From positions 1 through 64,000 of the forward strand of contig JBILLK010000001.1 in assembly GCA_044376115.1 (NCBI GenBank): DNA of 64,000 bases, read 5' to 3'. The notes below the pieces were generated by a model. The model saw only the letters and a program-made list of their open reading frames with translations. It was not told the origin of the DNA and searched no databases. The translations under genes and the position numbers were made by a program. Shown one piece after another: positions 36,991-45,198 of this stretch. The stretch is from Polyangiaceae bacterium. GTDB taxonomy: Bacteria > Myxococcota_A > Polyangia > Polyangiales > Polyangiaceae. The stretch's first letter is position 1; the number at the start of each line of letters is the position of its first letter.

Positions 36991-38220
36991 ATGACCATCG
37001 ACGTTGTGCTCTCGCCGCGACAAGAAGAACTGCGCGAAGGAATTCGCGGAGTAGCCAAAGGGATCATTCGACCTGAGAGTCTCGCGTGGGACCGAGGCCA
37101 CGGTATCCCGGACGAGTTTCTCACCCGCTTCACCCTGATGGCGCAGGCCATGGGCGGCTCCGCGGGCACGTGGGGCGTGCAAGGAATGGCCGGCGAGGAG
37201 AAGCCTCGAGATGGCGCCAAGAAGAGCTCGACGATGGTGACCACGGTCATCTCGGCTGAAGAGATGGCTTGGGGCGATGCTGCGTTGCTGCTGTGCCTAC
37301 CGGGTCCTGGGCTCGGCGGTCCTCCCGTTCGAAGCTCAGGAACGCCCGAACAGAAAGAGCGCTTCTTCTCGATCTTTCGCGACATGTCGAACGGCCTCAA
37401 GTGGGGCGCCTACGCCCTTACCGAGCCTGGTGCGGGCAGCGACGTAGCCGGCATTCGTACGAGCTGTCGCAAGGAGGGTTCGCATTGGGTGCTGAACGGC
37501 CGCAAGTGCTACATCACCAACGGCGGTCGCGCGTCCTGGAACGTCGTCTTTGCGACCATCGATCCTTCGCTAGGGCGCGCGGGACATCGCGCATTTGTGG
37601 TCGAGAAGGGCACGCCCGGATTCTCGGTCGGCAAGATCGAAGAAAAGATGGGCCTGCGTGCGAGCGAGACCGCGGAGCTCGTACTGGAAGAGTGCCGCGT
37701 ACCCGCCGAGAACCTACTCGGCGGCGAGGAGAAGTACCAAACCAAGGAGGGCTTTCTCACGGCGATGAAGACCTTCGACAACACTCGCCCACTCGTCGCT
37801 GCGATGGCCATTGGCATCGGGCGCGCTGCCTACGACTACGCCAAGGACTTCGTTCGCGAACACTATCTCCTATCTCGGCCAATTCCTCGTTACGCGGCGA
37901 TCGCCGAGCGACTGGCTCGCGTAGGTCGCCAGCTCGAGGCGGCGCGCGCTGTAACGCTCCGAGCCGCGTGGTTGGGGGACAACGAGATCGCTAACGCCAA
38001 GGAGGCCAGCACGGCGAAGGCGATGGGGGGACAGGCGGCGATCGCTGCCTGCATCGAGGCGATCGAGATCTGTGGAGCTCACGGCACTTTGGCTGGCGAT
38101 CACCAGCTGCTCGAGAAATGGTTCCGCGATATCAAGGTCTATGACATTTTCGAGGGCACGGGGCAGATCCAGCGCATCGTGATCTCGAAGCGCCTTATGC
38201 CGGATTTGCGGGCGTTCTAG
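36991..38220 (+). CDS. Acyl-CoA dehydrogenase
   Basis: ALTEPGAGSD, LNGRKCYITNG, KMGLRASET and RDIKVYDIFEGTGQIQR. Confidence 0.93.
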   Translation: MTIDVVLSPRQEELREGIRGVAKGIIRPESLAWDRGHGIPDEFLTRFTLMAQAMGGSAGTWGVQGMAGEEKPRDGAKKSSTMVTTVISAEEMAWGDAALLLCLPGPGLGGPPVRSSGTPEQKERFFSIFRDMSNGLKWGAYALTEPGAGSDVAGIRTSCRKEGSHWVLNGRKCYITNGGRASWNVVFATIDPSLGRAGHRAFVVEKGTPGFSVGKIEEKMGLRASETAELVLEECRVPAENLLGGEEKYQTKEGFLTAMKTFDNTRPLVAAMAIGIGRAAYDYAKDFVREHYLLSRPIPRYAAIAERLARVGRQLEAARAVTLRAAWLGDNEIANAKEASTAKAMGGQAAIAACIEAIEICGAHGTLAGDHQLLEKWFRDIKVYDIFEGTGQIQRIVISKRLMPDLRAF

Positions 38221-38231
38221 ACTCAGCGCGG

Positions 38232-38726
38232 ATGATGAACTTCGAGCAGATCGATTGGGACAAGTGGAAGCCAACGGACCTGGCGACGCTCCTGTTCGTC
38301 GTTCGGGCTGGCCAGGTGCTGATGATTCGAAAGAAGCGCGGACTTGGCGCAGGGAAGATCAACGGGCCCGGCGGTAGAATTGAGCCCGGGGAGACCCTGC
38401 TTCAATGTGCTTTGCGTGAGACGCGGGAAGAGATCGGCGTACGAGCGCTCGGAGCTCGCGAACTGGGTCAGCTCAGGTTCCAGTTTGCCGACGGGTACGC
38501 CCTTCAAGCCCACGTCTTTCGTGCCGACGATTTCGAGGGCGAGCTGATCGAAACCGATGAAGCGATTCCGCTCTGGTTCGCGGCCGATGCGCTCCCGTAT
38601 GACGAGATGTGGGCAGATGATCGGCTCTGGTTGCCCCTAATGCTGGAAGAAACGCCGTTTTCTGCGCGCTTCTTGTTCGATGCTGAACACATGCTTGGGC
38701 ACGAGTTCGACCAACCAAAGAAATAG
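38232..38726 (+). CDS. NUDIX hydrolase, 8-oxo-dGTP diphosphatase (MTH1-like)
   Basis: KKRGLGAGKINGPGG, the Nudix box GRIEPGET...ALRETREE, and PYDEMWADD..WLP. Confidence 0.9.
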   Translation: MMNFEQIDWDKWKPTDLATLLFVVRAGQVLMIRKKRGLGAGKINGPGGRIEPGETLLQCALRETREEIGVRALGARELGQLRFQFADGYALQAHVFRADDFEGELIETDEAIPLWFAADALPYDEMWADDRLWLPLMLEETPFSARFLFDAEHMLGHEFDQPKK

Positions 38727-38771
38727 TCGGTCACATCCAACGCCCAGAGCGCACCTGGATGAGAGGCAATC

Positions 38772-39215
38772 ATGCGGGTTTCAAAAAGGGTTCGGTTGGG
38801 TCTCAGCGGCACCTCACTTGCGCTCGCCACGCTGGCAAGCGTCGGTTGCACGAGCGAGAGTGCGTCGGCAACCAAAGAGGAGCTTCGTCCTCAGGCGTAT
38901 CGGATGGAGCAGGCCGTCGGCACCATCCTGGAGCAGCAAGCGCGCGAGGATGCGCAGCGGAGTACTGACCGGGCTGTGTCGCTCAACAACGAGCAGCCGG
39001 TCGATGCCTCAAGCCCTTGGTTTCTGAAGCCGGCGGGAGCTGTGGATGGTTCAAGAGAGGTTGCCGCTCGCCCCGTTGCAGACGTACCGGAGACGCAACA
39101 GCCACCGGCGATCGTCGTAGGTCAACCTGGGAAGCCAAAACCCCCCGTCACGCAGCCCGTTCAACCTCAGCGGCCGCGCGGTTGGGAGATCCGAGCCGCT
39201 TGCGGTCGGGGCTGA
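38772..39215 (+). CDS. Lipoprotein-like RiPP precursor with ChrA-like C-terminal core (...AACGRG)
   Basis: GAGAGG RBS, a signal peptide with the SVGC lipobox, a P/Q-rich linker and the end WEIRAACGRG*. It lies 22 bp upstream of the DUF692 gene. Confidence 0.75.
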   Translation: MRVSKRVRLGLSGTSLALATLASVGCTSESASATKEELRPQAYRMEQAVGTILEQQAREDAQRSTDRAVSLNNEQPVDASSPWFLKPAGAVDGSREVAARPVADVPETQQPPAIVVGQPGKPKPPVTQPVQPQRPRGWEIRAACGRG

Positions 39216-39237
39216 GCGGCCCGAGCATGACGACACG

Positions 39238-41337
39238 ATGAGCAAGATCGGGGTTGGCCTTTCGTTGATGCCAACTTCGGATTGGCGCTCGGCCAATCAG
39301 CCACTCTTCGACGCGGGCGAGGTGGACGTCGTCGAATGGAGTCTCGACTTTGGTTTCGACCAAGGCCGACCGACTTGGGTGGACGACGTGTTGGGGGATT
39401 TCGAGAAGCGCGATGCCTTGGTCGCACACGGCGTTGAAGGGTCGCTCATGTCTGCGACCCTGACGCCAGCTTCGGTTGATTGGCAGCGTCAGTGTGCAGC
39501 CAGCTGCCGTCAGCACCGCTATCGCCACTTGAGCGAACACTACGGTTTCATCAATGCAGGGCGTATCGCTCGGGGAACGCCGTTCCCTTGTCCTCCGTCA
39601 CGCGCGCTGCTGCAGGCGTGCGTCGATCGCTGGAAGCAGCTTGCTGACCTCACCGGCCTGGCTGTCGGCGTCGAGAATCTCGCCTTCGCGTTTTCGCCCG
39701 AGGACGCGCGCCAACAGGCAGACTTCGTCGCGGAGCTGGTCTTTCGAAGCGAAGGCTTTCTGTTGCTCGACGTTCACAACCTTTGGTGCCAGCTCGAGAA
39801 CCACGGAATGGTCGCCAACGACCTGCTCGCTCGCTACCCGCTTGACCTTGTCAGGGAAGTGCACGTGGCTGGCGGCTCCTATCTGACCGGCACCAACTTC
39901 CGACGAGACACGCACGACGCAGCGATGCCGAACGGGATGCTCGCCTTGGTGCAGCAAGTGGTCCGCACGTGCAAACGACTGCAATCCGTGATCCTGGAGC
40001 GTACGGACCGGTCTTTGTTCAGCCAAGAAGAGGCCGCGGCCCATCGGCTCGAGTTTCGTTCGTTGCGCGCGCTCGTCGCAGAGGCGGAGTACGCGTCCTC
40101 GCTTCCGAGTCCTGAGGCCAGCACCCACAGGACTCGTTGGCCGCAGGACGAACTCGAGAACGTAGAGACCTTTCAAGCCGGCCTTTTGGAGTCGCTACGC
40201 TCGAGCGACTCAAGGACAGCGCTAGTTCAACGCTTGCACGCTGACGGCCCGACGAGCCCGTATGCAGAGTACCTGCAGAGTTTCACCGAAACTGCGAGTC
40301 GCGCGGGTATTGCGATGGCCAAACAATGGACGATGGCCGCGACAACAGCCGACGAAATGGTGGCTGCGGTGTTTCGCGGCGCTGATTGGCCGCTCGACTT
40401 CGTGACGTTGCCAATACCCGCGCCTGAACCAGGCCAAGTGCTGCTGCGAACTCGCGCCGTTGGGCTCTGTGGCACCGACCTTCACATCGTGCAGGGCCGC
40501 TTCGAGGTACCGGCTCCGCTGGTGCTTGGCCACGAGACGGTCGGTGAAGTGCTGGCCCTCGGTGAAGGTGTCACGACGTTGGCCGTGGGGGATCGCGTCG
40601 GCGTTAGCTGGGTGCAAGCGGGCTGCAACGCGTGCTCGTTGTGCAGAAGCGGACGCCCACAACGCTGCTCGGAGGCGCGCACGTGGATTGAGAACGGCGG
40701 CGGGCTCTCTGAGTTCGTCGTGGCGGAGGCCAGCGGCTGCACCAAGCTGCCGAACGAGCTCAGCTTTGAGCAGGCCGCTCCAATGATGTGTGGCGGGCAT
40801 GTCGCGCTATCAGCGATCCATCGAGCGCAACTTCAAGAAGGCGAGCAGCTTGGCGTACTCGGGATTGGCGGCATCGGGCACCTTGCGCTGCAACTTGCTC
40901 TGGCCAAGGGCATCGCCGTTGAGGCAATCAGCGCTCGAAAGAGCAAAGCTGGCCGCATCGATCTGGGCACCGGCAGCATCGCGCTGCGGAACCCCGCGCG
41001 AGACGAGCTTGAGGAACGTTTTGACGCGATCGTTTCCACCACAAGCGACGCAAGCGTGCTCGGTACCGCCCTCCATTGGTTGCGCCCCGGCGGGCGACTC
41101 GTCGTGCTCGGGCTTGGTGGACAAGCGCAATTCGACCCTGCGATTCTCGTACCGCGCGAGCTCTCAGTCCTTGGTTCGATTCAGGGGCCCGCAAGCGATC
41201 TTTTGGAAGCTTTATCGCATGCTGCTGCAGGCCGAGTGCAGGCGCAGATCGAGACCTTTCCCTTTCCCCTGGTGCAACGCGCTCTCGACCGCCTGGCTCA
41301 GCGGCGCGTTCGCTTTCGGGCGGTCATAACCTTCTAG
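39238..41337 (+). CDS. ChrH-like DUF692 multinuclear non-heme iron oxidative enzyme (MNIO) fused to a Zn-dependent MDR alcohol dehydrogenase
   Basis: MNIO part: EWSLD, AHG, SEHYG, GVENL, LLLDVHNL, EVHVAGG, RRDTHD, VILER. ADH part from about 40357: GLCGTD, GHE, CNACSLC...C, MCGG, GIGGIGH. No stop codon separates them. Confidence 0.88.
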   Translation: MSKIGVGLSLMPTSDWRSANQPLFDAGEVDVVEWSLDFGFDQGRPTWVDDVLGDFEKRDALVAHGVEGSLMSATLTPASVDWQRQCAASCRQHRYRHLSEHYGFINAGRIARGTPFPCPPSRALLQACVDRWKQLADLTGLAVGVENLAFAFSPEDARQQADFVAELVFRSEGFLLLDVHNLWCQLENHGMVANDLLARYPLDLVREVHVAGGSYLTGTNFRRDTHDAAMPNGMLALVQQVVRTCKRLQSVILERTDRSLFSQEEAAAHRLEFRSLRALVAEAEYASSLPSPEASTHRTRWPQDELENVETFQAGLLESLRSSDSRTALVQRLHADGPTSPYAEYLQSFTETASRAGIAMAKQWTMAATTADEMVAAVFRGADWPLDFVTLPIPAPEPGQVLLRTRAVGLCGTDLHIVQGRFEVPAPLVLGHETVGEVLALGEGVTTLAVGDRVGVSWVQAGCNACSLCRSGRPQRCSEARTWIENGGGLSEFVVAEASGCTKLPNELSFEQAAPMMCGGHVALSAIHRAQLQEGEQLGVLGIGGIGHLALQLALAKGIAVEAISARKSKAGRIDLGTGSIALRNPARDELEERFDAIVSTTSDASVLGTALHWLRPGGRLVVLGLGGQAQFDPAILVPRELSVLGSIQGPASDLLEALSHAAAGRVQAQIETFPFPLVQRALDRLAQRRVRFRAVITF

Positions 41338-41343
41338 CAGCGA

Positions 41344-42234
41344 TCACAACGACACGATCAGAGCCACGCCCAACACGGCGATGCCAGCCCCCAACCAACG
41401 CAAGAACGGTGGTCGCTCCCCAAGCAGCAGGGCCGACAAAACGAGGACAAAAATCGCCCCCATTTGGTTGAGCAACGCGGCTCTCGAAGCCGTGCCGTAT
41501 TTGATTCCGCCCAACCAAAGCAGCATCGCAAAGTACGTGCCCATCAGCGCGGCCGGCAGCGCTTGTCGCCACGCAGCTTGAGGCCGAAACAGCGCGAGCG
41601 CGGACCTTGCCCGTCCGAAGGCGGCCTCAAAACCGAACAGCGCAACGCTACCCGCCCACAAGCGCACGGCCGTCGCTTCGATCAAGGAGCTTCGATTGAG
41701 CACGGGCTTGCAGATGATCACGGCCACGGCTGTCATCAGCACCCCGGCCAGAGCAAGCGCTACCCCTTTGCGATCGACCAGGGCGGGCTCGAGCCTTCGC
41801 TTGCGGCCAATCGGAAGAACCACGACCAGTAATCCCAAGAGGACGAGCGGGCCGCCTACCAACAGACCAACTCCCAACGCCTCGCCGAGAAATAGAAAAC
41901 TCAGCAGAACGACCGTGGGCGAGTAAACGCAGTCGGTGACAGCCGCGACACTGGCATCGATCCTTCGGAGGCCGGCCAGAAAGAGGGTGTCCGCGAGGGC
42001 AAGACCCAGGACACCACTTGCACAAAGGAGCAGCCAATCTCTGGGAGACCGATCGCTGGCAAAGTGGCCACCGGTCGCAAACAGCGTGAGCGTGTGGAGC
42101 AAGGCCGCCAACGAGTTCTTGAACAGGTTGAGCGCAACAGGGTTCTGAGCCGAGAGCTGGCGTAACAAAAGCACGGAAATCGCCCAAGCAAGCGCGCATG
42201 TGAGTGCCATCGCATCGCCTGCCCAGGGTGCCAT
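41344..42234 (-). CDS. DMT/EamA family transporter
   Basis: About 10 TM helices in two EamA repeats (LSFLFLGE; LSALLLGE). Confidence 0.88.
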   Translation of the reverse strand: MAPWAGDAMALTCALAWAISVLLLRQLSAQNPVALNLFKNSLAALLHTLTLFATGGHFASDRSPRDWLLLCASGVLGLALADTLFLAGLRRIDASVAAVTDCVYSPTVVLLSFLFLGEALGVGLLVGGPLVLLGLLVVVLPIGRKRRLEPALVDRKGVALALAGVLMTAVAVIICKPVLNRSSLIEATAVRLWAGSVALFGFEAAFGRARSALALFRPQAAWRQALPAALMGTYFAMLLWLGGIKYGTASRAALLNQMGAIFVLVLSALLLGERPPFLRWLGAGIAVLGVALIVSL

Positions 42235-42296
42235 GGCGCCTCCTTAGCAGCTTCTGACCTCACAAGATCGGTGACCCAGGGCAGTGGGAGGAAAGA

Positions 42297-42312
42297 TTAT
42301 CCATCTGGATAA
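42297..42312. promoter_or_regulatory. Inverted repeat TTATCCA-TC-TGGATAA with perfect 7-bp arms, candidate operator
   Basis: The arms lie in the divergent intergenic region between the EamA gene and the VgrG locus. Confidence 0.45.
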
Positions 42313-42381
42313 GCGAAATCGCGGTCACTCTCGAGGGAAAGCCTGATTTTTCAGGACACTTGAGCGTATGCTGGCCTTCTC

Positions 42382-45195
42382 GTGAAAATCGACGGCGAAG
42401 ACATTAAGACGGTCGCCGACCATGCTCAGGGCGCGGGAAAGACGGTCGAACCCGTCCTCCGCGCAACGAGCAACGTCCTCGGCGAAGTGGGTCGCAGGCT
42501 CGTACACCCGATGTCGCGCAAAGCGCGCATCGTCGAATTCAAGGAGGCTGAATTTCAGGATGCCGAAGACTGGACGCTTGCGGACGACGAAGCGATCACC
42601 GTCAACGCTGGCGTAACCGGTGGCACCACGATCGACCTTCCAGAGCCGATCGAATTTGTCCACTTCGGGCACGTGTATCGAGACCGCTCGCCGCTCTTCG
42701 GCTGCCCCAAAATCTCCGATATGGAGGGGGAAATCGGCGAGGACGACGAGGAAACGTTCACCGGCAGCGATCCTCCCGCGCACGGCTTGATGTTCCGCGC
42801 TGCTCTCATGCGCGAGACCGTCCTCCTGGGTGGGTTTATCCGCGCGCAGATGGACGCTCTTGCCGCCGAGGAAAAGAGCAAGGGCGTGATCGGAGTGCTG
42901 GCTCAGGTCCTTGCGGATCTGACGGGTTCAGCTGGTGGCACCCAAGACAAGGCCAATCCAGTCGACCTCAATCCTCACCTCAAGAAGGTCATCGAGGCGG
43001 GCAAGAAGCTGAATCGTCCGCGCCTCGACTACCCGTCGATCCACGAGACGGGCATTAGCCTGCACACTGCGCGCAAGGCCTACCGCGAGTACCTTGTAAA
43101 GGAGCTCGAGGCCAGGCACGCACCCGCCAAGTCACCCGGCGGTGGAATCCTCAACGACCAAGTGGATGAAGTGAATGAGGCTTTGCAAGCCGGGCATGAC
43201 TGGCTTGGCGGCACCCATGATCCAGCAAAGCCCGCAAAGCACGACGCGGTACCCCGCCTCACGGCGTTGGTACCACCCGGCGTGCAAGACTTTTTGAGCC
43301 TGGTCCAGAAGATCAGTTTCAAGGCTTGGGACGTCTGCGCGGCGCTCAACTACGAGTACGCCGTTCGGCTTGAACCAATCATTGAAGAGGCTGCACGCGA
43401 GATGTCAGTGCATGCCATCAAGCAGCGCTCGACCCCGATGTTCCCAGTGTGGTTCATGGAGCCGCAACCGGAGTACGAGCTTCCTGCCAATGTCGAACAG
43501 AAGATCTTCGACAAGATCGACAACCCGCTCTCGAAGAGTGACGTTCCCAAGTTGCTCGGTTTCTTGGTTGGACCAATCAACGACGCCGTTGACGTCGTCA
43601 CCAACCCCATCAAGGACGCCCTCAACAAGTTCGATCAGCAGGTTGGGATCGACGACACACTCGACTTCCTGAGCCGACCAGACCGCTACACTCCCGGCCG
43701 TCCGTTCCTCGACGACATCTTCCTGATTGCACCCGACACCGATCCGCCTGAGGTGCCGGACGCAGCCAAACGTGCTCGCGTCGGCTGGTCGGGGGGACTC
43801 GGCCAGATGGCCGTGGATTCGTTCAAGGGCGCACTCAACATCAAGCGGCTCCCCGTCTTCCTGGAGTGGGTCGTCTCAAAGGTCTCCACCGTCTGCGCGG
43901 AGTTCATTCGCGCCGTCTACTGCCGCTTGTTGACCATGAAGGACAACGAGCACGTGACGGAAGCGGAGATCGTAGAAGCCGCGCGCAAACACCTCGTCGG
44001 CAACGTCATCGAGACGATCCTCGGTGGGCTCGACTTCGTGAACAAGCTGCGAAACTTCACGCTCGATATCCCCATCGCAGAGGTGTCGATCAGCGTGGAT
44101 GCACTGATCGGCCGAGCGAAGGAATTCGCCTCAACGAGGCTCGAGCAGTTCGTCGATCCGGTGATCAAGTTCGCGATGCGAGATCTCCACGGAATGATCT
44201 TCGCGTACCGCGCAACGGCGATCGCGAATCGTTCGCTCACGATGGAGGTTCACCTAGCCCAGCTTCCAACAGTGTTCTCGCGGCTGTTCCGCAACGTCTT
44301 CTTCCCGCTGTGGGACAAAGTGCTCGAGAAGACAATCGCTGCAGTAAGCACCTCGCTGGCGCCGCGTGTGCTCGAGGCCGGCCAGGCTCTGCTCAAAGCG
44401 CGTGCACAGGTCGAAGAAGTTCGCGGAAAGATCGTTCAGGGCCTTGCCGCGCTTGAGACACTACCTGCGGCGCTCCCCGATATTGGATTCAACATCAAGG
44501 ATCCGAAGGGCAGCGTTAACAAGATCAAGAGCGACTGGAACCCGATCATCAAGAACGCCAAGAACGCCTGGGATGAGGCCGAGCTTGACGTTACCCAGGA
44601 CCTGGGGCCGCTCGAGCATGACGAGCTCGAGCAAGCCTTCCCCATCAAGCAGCGCATCGTTCTCTGCGAGATGCAGGATATTACGGCGCGACATCTGCAG
44701 TTGGTCTTGCCGGGGTTGAAGTGGAAGGGTCGTCCTCTGCTGTTGCCGTTGGGCGTGGCAGAAGAAGGCGCCACGACGACCGCCCCGACCAGCACGGAGA
44801 ATCAGCTTCAGGACGCCTCACCGATCTCTGTGCACTCGGCACCTTCCTACAAGAAGAACGTTGAGGAGCCTCTGCCGCACTTTCCGTTGGGGGACTACCC
44901 GATGTCGAGCCCGACGCCTTCGTCGTCATACGTTGCCTACTCGGGATCGTCGGACTTCGGCCCGTCCTCGAACCGCGGCTTCGCACCGCTGCCTTCCTTT
45001 GATGAGCCGTTGGACGCGCCGTTTTCGGATCCACCGACTGCGGACCTGCCTCCAATGCCCGCCAAAAAGAGCACCGAGCAAACACAAGAACTCGAACTTG
45101 GGTTGGCTGGCCTCGACATCGAACAGACGGTCGACATCGACCATCTCGGTCCCTCTTTCCTCCCGCCGTTCCTCGGTAACAAGAACAAGGCCTAA
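42382..45195 (+). CDS. Large hypothetical protein (937 aa), first gene of the VgrG locus
   Basis: A long ORF with a GTG start, a helical-looking composition and a P/S-rich tail. Its stop is 3 bp before vgrG. Confidence 0.75.
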   Translation: MKIDGEDIKTVADHAQGAGKTVEPVLRATSNVLGEVGRRLVHPMSRKARIVEFKEAEFQDAEDWTLADDEAITVNAGVTGGTTIDLPEPIEFVHFGHVYRDRSPLFGCPKISDMEGEIGEDDEETFTGSDPPAHGLMFRAALMRETVLLGGFIRAQMDALAAEEKSKGVIGVLAQVLADLTGSAGGTQDKANPVDLNPHLKKVIEAGKKLNRPRLDYPSIHETGISLHTARKAYREYLVKELEARHAPAKSPGGGILNDQVDEVNEALQAGHDWLGGTHDPAKPAKHDAVPRLTALVPPGVQDFLSLVQKISFKAWDVCAALNYEYAVRLEPIIEEAAREMSVHAIKQRSTPMFPVWFMEPQPEYELPANVEQKIFDKIDNPLSKSDVPKLLGFLVGPINDAVDVVTNPIKDALNKFDQQVGIDDTLDFLSRPDRYTPGRPFLDDIFLIAPDTDPPEVPDAAKRARVGWSGGLGQMAVDSFKGALNIKRLPVFLEWVVSKVSTVCAEFIRAVYCRLLTMKDNEHVTEAEIVEAARKHLVGNVIETILGGLDFVNKLRNFTLDIPIAEVSISVDALIGRAKEFASTRLEQFVDPVIKFAMRDLHGMIFAYRATAIANRSLTMEVHLAQLPTVFSRLFRNVFFPLWDKVLEKTIAAVSTSLAPRVLEAGQALLKARAQVEEVRGKIVQGLAALETLPAALPDIGFNIKDPKGSVNKIKSDWNPIIKNAKNAWDEAELDVTQDLGPLEHDELEQAFPIKQRIVLCEMQDITARHLQLVLPGLKWKGRPLLLPLGVAEEGATTTAPTSTENQLQDASPISVHSAPSYKKNVEEPLPHFPLGDYPMSSPTPSSSYVAYSGSSDFGPSSNRGFAPLPSFDEPLDAPFSDPPTADLPPMPAKKSTEQTQELELGLAGLDIEQTVDIDHLGPSFLPPFLGNKNKA

Positions 45196-45198
45196 CCG

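Noticed and set aside
42297..42312. DnaA boxes / replication origin
   Set aside because: There are only two overlapping imperfect TTATCCA half-matches, with no box cluster, unwinding element or dnaA/dnaN nearby.
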